Below are positions 59,055-64,000 of a stretch of DNA of 64,000 bases, piece by piece. Every line of letters starts with the position of its first letter. Positions within the stretch are counted from its first letter, which is position 1. Below the pieces are notes generated by a model. It was not told the DNA's origin. It did no database searches and saw only the letters and a list, made by a program, of their open reading frames with translations. Source of the stretch: an uncultured virus (IMG/VR IMGVR_UViG_3300020455_000010) (taxonomy: Duplodnaviria; Heunggongvirae; Uroviricota; Caudoviricetes); the IMG/VR virus record IMGVR_UViG_3300020455_000010; one strand, given 5' to 3'. The position numbers were made by a program, and so were the translations under genes.

Positions 59055-59748
59055 AGTAATACTAACAAAACAAACACAAGCAATCTTGAAAAATTTTGCT
59101 ACGATTAATAGTTCTATTCTATTTCGTAAGGGCAGTAAGATCAAGACTATAAGTGTTGGTGAGAATGCTATTGCTGAATATGAATGTGAAGAGGTTTTTC
59201 CACAAACATTTGGGATCTATGATCTAGGTCAATTCTTACAGGGTATTGACTTGTTCACTGTCAAAGATGTAAATGGTATTGAACCTGTTCTTGAATTTGA
59301 TAATGATTCTTATGTAACAATACATGGAGGAGGTAAAGCTGCAGCATATACAGCAAGGTATTTTTTCTCTAGTCCAGAAATTACATTGAAATCAGCACCA
59401 GAAAAGGATATCCATTTTCCTTCTGCTGATATGGAATTTAGTATTCAACCAGATGATCTTGCTGCTTTACAGAAAGGAGCAGGTGCATATAAATTACCAG
59501 ACTTATCTTTCAAATCAGATGAAGATGGATCTATTAAATTAGAGGTATGTGATAGAGAAGATCCTACATGTAATGTGTATTCACAAAAAATAAAAGGACA
59601 TTCATCTGGATCATATGAGGTGTATATGAAGATGGATAATGTTAGGGTAGCAGCAGGTGGTTATGATGTGAAAATTTCCAAGAATCTTATCACAGAATGG
59701 AAACACAAAGGTCTTGATTTAACATATTATATTGCATTGGAACCTTAA
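59044..59748 (+). CDS. gp45: sliding clamp gp45
   Basis: ILKNFATINSSI, FGIYDLGQFL, YYIALEP; start ATG 59044. Confidence 0.92.
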   Translation: MTNKVILTKQTQAILKNFATINSSILFRKGSKIKTISVGENAIAEYECEEVFPQTFGIYDLGQFLQGIDLFTVKDVNGIEPVLEFDNDSYVTIHGGGKAAAYTARYFFSSPEITLKSAPEKDIHFPSADMEFSIQPDDLAALQKGAGAYKLPDLSFKSDEDGSIKLEVCDREDPTCNVYSQKIKGHSSGSYEVYMKMDNVRVAAGGYDVKISKNLITEWKHKGLDLTYYIALEP

Positions 59749-60695
59749 TGGAAAATAAAGCATTCTTGTGGGTTGAGAAGTATCGACCCAGAACAATTGA
59801 TGAATGTATTCTTCCAGACATTACTAAAGAATCGTTCAGAGGATTCATTAAACAAGGTGAGATTCCTAATCTTTTATTAACTGGGTCTGCTGGTATTGGT
59901 AAGACAACTGTTGCCAAAGCTGTGTGTGATCAGATTGGAGCATCTTATATTGTTATTAATGGATCAGATGAAGGAAGATTTTTAGATACAGTTAGGGATA
60001 AGATAAGAACATTTGCTTCAACAGTCTCATTGACCTCTAGCACGTCCCACAAGGTCGTTATAATTGATGAGGCAGACAATACGACTTCTGATGTACAATT
60101 GTCCTTACGGACTGCTGTAGAGGAGTTTCATTCAAATTGTAGATTTATATTTACATGCAACTTTCCTAATAAGATCATTGAACCATTACATTCACGATGT
60201 ACTGTCATTGATTTTAAGATTAAGAATGGTAATAAACCAAAATTACAGTATGCATTTTTCCAGAGATTAAAAACAATCCTCGAAGAAAATTCTGTTGAGC
60301 ATGATGATAAGATTCTTATGAAACTTATCTCTAGGTACTATCCTGATTGGCGTAGATTAATTAATGAGGCACAGAGGTTTGCTGCTGCTGGATCTATTAA
60401 TTCTTCTATCCTAATAGATATTGCTGACATACCAATAGATGATTTAATTAAATCATTAAAGAATAGAGAGTTTACTGTAGTGAGGAAGTGGGTTGTTGAT
60501 AATATAGACAACGATCCAGTTTTAATCTTACGTAGGATCTATGATTCTTTGTATGATTATTTGAAAGGTCCATCTATACCAGAAGCAGTATTAATTATTG
60601 CGAAGTATCAACAACAAGTGACTCAAGTTGCTGATCAAGAGATAAACATGTTAGCATGTTTAACTGAAATCATGATGAGTTGTGAATTTAAATAA
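59748..60695 (+). CDS. gp44: clamp loader subunit gp44
   Basis: WVEKYRP, GSAGIGKTT, IIDEAD, PLHSRC. Confidence 0.96.
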   Translation: MENKAFLWVEKYRPRTIDECILPDITKESFRGFIKQGEIPNLLLTGSAGIGKTTVAKAVCDQIGASYIVINGSDEGRFLDTVRDKIRTFASTVSLTSSTSHKVVIIDEADNTTSDVQLSLRTAVEEFHSNCRFIFTCNFPNKIIEPLHSRCTVIDFKIKNGNKPKLQYAFFQRLKTILEENSVEHDDKILMKLISRYYPDWRRLINEAQRFAAAGSINSSILIDIADIPIDDLIKSLKNREFTVVRKWVVDNIDNDPVLILRRIYDSLYDYLKGPSIPEAVLIIAKYQQQVTQVADQEINMLACLTEIMMSCEFK

Positions 60696-60703
60696 AAAAA
60701 ACT

Positions 60704-60997
60704 ATGGAAAGAGACACAAGATTAGTACGAGTATCCAGTGGTGAGGATGTAATTTGTAATGTAGTTTCTATTGAAGATGAGTATATTACAGTCACAGACC
60801 CTATCGTTGCAGTACCTACAGGTGAAGGACAGATTGGATTTGCTCCATGGTCTCCTTTGTTAAAAGAAAGTGAAGAATTGAGCATACAAATGAGTCATGT
60901 TCTTTATATTTCCTTTGCAAATGATAACATTAGAAAACAATATGAAAATATTACTTCTAATGTAATTACACCTCCAGAGAAACAACTCATACTTTAA
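60704..60997 (+). CDS. conserved hypothetical protein (possible Sm-like fold)
   Basis: LVRVSSGEDVIC, GFAPWSP, ITPPEKQLIL. Confidence 0.7.
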   Translation: MERDTRLVRVSSGEDVICNVVSIEDEYITVTDPIVAVPTGEGQIGFAPWSPLLKESEELSIQMSHVLYISFANDNIRKQYENITSNVITPPEKQLIL

Positions 60998-60998
60998 G

Positions 60999-61637
60999 AT
61001 GAAGATATTTGATAATGGATATGGAAAAAAGATAGAAGTAGATGACGTTCCTTTGTTTTCTACTCCTATCATTGTTACCAAATTCAATGATCATGAAAAA
61101 TATAATATCGAATCTTTTGAAAAAGTTGATAGGACACCAGAAAACTGGAATCATTCATCAGTAAACTCATCTTTTAAGAAAGATGATGATCCTTATATCT
61201 CACAAGAAACACGCAATAAAATTAAAAATAGTATAACAGAACATCTTCGAGATGTATTTGAGTGCTATAATATGACAAGGAATATTGTATTGTATAATTT
61301 CTGGTATAATGCATACTATGAAGGACAAGGACAAGAGTTGCATAACCACCTAGCAGAAAATAATAACAATCCATTCTGGTGTGGTATCTATTTTGCTAAA
61401 AATTGTTTTAATAGTCAGTTAAAATTTAAAAGATCTGATTATTCTTTGCGTACACAGCAACCATATGATTTTCATCAAACTTCTTTAGCAGATTACTATA
61501 GAGATACGTGGCCATCAGGTATTCCTGATGGATATATTTGTTTATTTCCACCACATTTGCAGCATAGTGTAACTATAGGAGAAGAGAATCGTGATAAGAT
61601 GAGGTTAACTTTTAGTTTTAATATACAACTCGCCTAG
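60999..61637 (+). CDS. putative 2OG-Fe(II) oxygenase
   Basis: WYNAY, QELHNH, CGIYF, FPPHLQHSV, RLTFSFNI. Confidence 0.82.
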   Translation: MKIFDNGYGKKIEVDDVPLFSTPIIVTKFNDHEKYNIESFEKVDRTPENWNHSSVNSSFKKDDDPYISQETRNKIKNSITEHLRDVFECYNMTRNIVLYNFWYNAYYEGQGQELHNHLAENNNNPFWCGIYFAKNCFNSQLKFKRSDYSLRTQQPYDFHQTSLADYYRDTWPSGIPDGYICLFPPHLQHSVTIGEENRDKMRLTFSFNIQLA

Positions 61638-61671
61638 ATAAACAAATTCTATCGTAAGGAACATATCCAAA

Positions 61672-61998
61672 ATGAGAATGAACAATCAAACTAAACTAGT
61701 TTTTGCACTAGAGCATGTAGCACACTTACATGATCTCATTGAAGATAATGAGTATCAACATTTTCTTAACGATGCATTATGTACGTTAGAGTTTGAACTT
61801 GAACGTCAATTAAGATTAGAACTGGATCGCAAAAACAATCCACCAGTACCTCCGAAACAAGTGAAGAATGACTACAATGATTATGAAGAGAACAATCAAA
61901 TCTTTAAAGACACCCTTACGATATCCAGGAGGGAAGAGCAGGGCAGTAACCAAACTTCTGCAGTACCTCCCAAACCTTTCCCAGGTAAAAGAATTTAG
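61672..61998 (+). CDS. hypothetical protein
   Basis: AAGGA RBS; helical N-terminus; 3' end overlaps dam. Confidence 0.6.
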   Translation: MRMNNQTKLVFALEHVAHLHDLIEDNEYQHFLNDALCTLEFELERQLRLELDRKNNPPVPPKQVKNDYNDYEENNQIFKDTLTISRREEQGSNQTSAVPPKPFPGKRI

Positions 61999-62740
61999 AG
62001 AACCTTTTCTTGGTGGTGGGTCTGTATCATTAGAAATTACAAAGAGATATCCTAACATAGAGATCTGGGTCAATGATCTATACGAACCTCTTTATAATTT
62101 CTGGTGTGAGTTGCAGCATAGTGGTAAACAATTGCAAGAAAGATTGCTTGAATTAAAGGATGAGTATCCAGATCCTCCTAAAGGTGTTCAGAAATATGCT
62201 GCCAAGAAACTTTTTGATGATGCTAAATTTCTACTCAATGATCACAATCAACCTGCTTTTGATAGAGCAGCATATTTTTATGTTGTTAATAAGTGTAGTT
62301 TTTCTGGTCTTACTGAATCATCATCCTTTAGTAAGCAAGCATCTGTTCAAAACTTCAGTGCTTCAGGCATAGGAAGATTGGTAGAATATTCAGAACTAAT
62401 CCAAAACTGGACAATAACAAATCTTTCTTATGAGAGAATGTTATGTGATGAGAAGAATGTATTTACATATCTAGATCCACCATATGATATTAAAGATAAT
62501 CTTTATGGCAAGAAGGGTAGTATGCACAAGAAGTTTGACCATGATATGTTTGCAACAGAGTGTGACAGTTGGACTTCCCCTATGTTGATCTCTTATAATT
62601 CTGATCAAATTGTTAAGAATCGTTTCAAGGAGTGGTCAGTTGGAGAATTTGCACACACTTACACCATGAGGTCTGTGGGGTGCTATAATACAGATCAAGC
62701 AGAGAGGAAGGAACTAGTCCTTACAAATTATGAAGTGTGA
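61883..62740 (+). CDS. dam: DNA adenine methyltransferase (Dam/D12 class)
   Basis: PLRYPGGKS, EPFLGGGS, NDL, YLDPPY; alternative starts 61868 and 61877. Confidence 0.92.
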   Translation: MKRTIKSLKTPLRYPGGKSRAVTKLLQYLPNLSQVKEFREPFLGGGSVSLEITKRYPNIEIWVNDLYEPLYNFWCELQHSGKQLQERLLELKDEYPDPPKGVQKYAAKKLFDDAKFLLNDHNQPAFDRAAYFYVVNKCSFSGLTESSSFSKQASVQNFSASGIGRLVEYSELIQNWTITNLSYERMLCDEKNVFTYLDPPYDIKDNLYGKKGSMHKKFDHDMFATECDSWTSPMLISYNSDQIVKNRFKEWSVGEFAHTYTMRSVGCYNTDQAERKELVLTNYEV

Positions 62741-62873
62741 AGTAAAACTCTACGTAGCAGGAACTGTATTTACAGAGACTGTACAGGCACGTAACTACGA
62801 AGAAGCAAGACAAGTAGCACTTGCTCGTAATCCAAACGCCAAAGTTATGGGTGTTACTGCTGTATTTACATAA
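62730..62873 (+). CDS. small hypothetical protein (47 aa), not in ORF track
   Basis: MKCEVKLYVAGTVFTETVQARNYEEARQVALARNPNAKV; TGCTATAAT at 62681. Confidence 0.7.
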   Translation: MKCEVKLYVAGTVFTETVQARNYEEARQVALARNPNAKVMGVTAVFT

Positions 62874-62880
62874 TAAAATT

Positions 62881-63687
62881 ATGACAAATAAAATTTATAA
62901 AAGAACTTATCGTATTGCATTTCATCCTAATGTGGTTAAGATGATTGATGGTGCAAGAGAAGGTACTTATGCATGTTGGGGATTTCATGATTTATTAGAT
63001 CATAATCATGAAGATGAGGAGATTATGGAAAATGATACTGCACTTAAATCAACATTCAAAAAACTATCTGATCATCGTACAAAACTTGGAAAAAGAATTG
63101 AATCTATTTTTAATAAAAGTTGTAGAGATCAGGGATGGGATAAAAGAATAGTTGAAAGAATGTATCGTGAAGAAAAAGAAGAAGCAGTAATGAGAGAGAT
63201 ACAACATGATAAGTATAAAGAATTATTGAATGAAGGAGTTATTGATATGGATCAATACATTCAATTTCAACATAAAATACATGAAGAATGGTCTCAAGAT
63301 AGGAAAGAAAATAAAAAAGCATTGAAAAGAAAAGGTATGAGACCCCTTTATTTGTTAGAACATCATGCACAGGATCAGGGAATTGAAGAACTTGGTTATC
63401 CTGATGATCATGTGCTTCAAGAACAATCTCTTTGGCAACCTGTTTTTGATAGAGGGTATTGGGAAGTAGAGCATATTTCTGCTGACATTCCAGATTGGAT
63501 ATCAAAAAAAGATTATTCTGTATCACATGAAGAACTACATGAACCAGGAGTAACAATATTAAAACCCAATAAAGGATCTAAAGTTAATTGGGCATCTAGA
63601 AATCGTGGAGGTGGTGTTAGAGTATCCTCTAAAAACTTTAAACAAGATACAAAAGAATATCCTACTCATCTTGATGTTGGGATATGA
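62881..63687 (+). CDS. hypothetical protein
   Basis: ATG 62881; charged and His-rich; WEVEH only weakly HNH-like. Confidence 0.65.
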   Translation: MTNKIYKRTYRIAFHPNVVKMIDGAREGTYACWGFHDLLDHNHEDEEIMENDTALKSTFKKLSDHRTKLGKRIESIFNKSCRDQGWDKRIVERMYREEKEEAVMREIQHDKYKELLNEGVIDMDQYIQFQHKIHEEWSQDRKENKKALKRKGMRPLYLLEHHAQDQGIEELGYPDDHVLQEQSLWQPVFDRGYWEVEHISADIPDWISKKDYSVSHEELHEPGVTILKPNKGSKVNWASRNRGGGVRVSSKNFKQDTKEYPTHLDVGI

Positions 63688-64000
63688 AGAAAGTAGCACT
63701 AGATCGTTTATCAAATGCATTGCAAAGAGTTGATTGGGATCCCAAACGTTTGGATTCTGATCGACTTAAGAATTTGTATCTTCAATACGAAACGGAGATG
63801 CAGGAGGATAAAAGAAATCTAGAATATGAGAAATGGCAAGAAGAGATTTATTATGATATAATAGAAGATGTCAAGAATACTATAAATTGGAATGTAGAAC
63901 ATAAATGTAAATGTACGGATTGTGAATGCTCTACTATGAGAGTAGTATTAACACCAAAATTATTTCACAACGCAAAGTATGTTTGTAATTTGTGTCATAG
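63684..64000 (+). CDS. 3'-truncated protein with Zn-ribbon (CxxC...CxxC)
   Basis: MKKVALDRLS...CTDCEC...HNAKYVCNLCH, open to the window end; ATGA coupling. Confidence 0.65.
   Translation, partial: MKKVALDRLSNALQRVDWDPKRLDSDRLKNLYLQYETEMQEDKRNLEYEKWQEEIYYDIIEDVKNTINWNVEHKCKCTDCECSTMRVVLTPKLFHNAKYVCNLCH

Noticed and set aside
159..63556. Numerous short minus-strand ORFs in the track
   Set aside because: Antisense shadows of well-supported plus-strand genes; only hldD and the 55-aa ORF are credible

Overview
A 64-kb segment of an AT-rich T4-like cyanomyovirus genome (Kyanoviridae-like; a Prochlorococcus or marine Synechococcus host is inferred). 1-23.3 kb and 29.1-35.4 kb encode accessory virion and fibre proteins. 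These include a subtilase with a C-terminal cupredoxin domain, a probable high-copy fibre subunit followed by a 2062-aa strictly periodic repeat protein, and a fibre ending in a 25-Cys protein. 23.4-29.0 kb is a sugar-modification island: a GT9 heptosyltransferase-like enzyme, an O-carbamoyltransferase, split HldE-like nucleotidyltransferase and kinase, a HAD phosphatase, a cupin and hldD. 35.4-51.7 kb is the core morphogenesis block (gp13-gp23, gp3). 51.7-64 kb holds recombination, replication and late-transcription genes (uvsY, uvsW, gp55, gp47, gp46, gp45, gp44, dam). The best candidate for a new system is a self-contained NDP-heptose and carbamoyl pathway next to the Cys-rich fibre tip. 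Its GT9 has Arg where WaaC has its catalytic Asp, which suggests S-heptosylation of virion cysteines (inference). The second candidate is a polymeric fibre with its own ruler protein. No tRNA, rRNA, CRISPR array or mobile element was recognised. All family calls are from motif recognition by eye; no searches were run.
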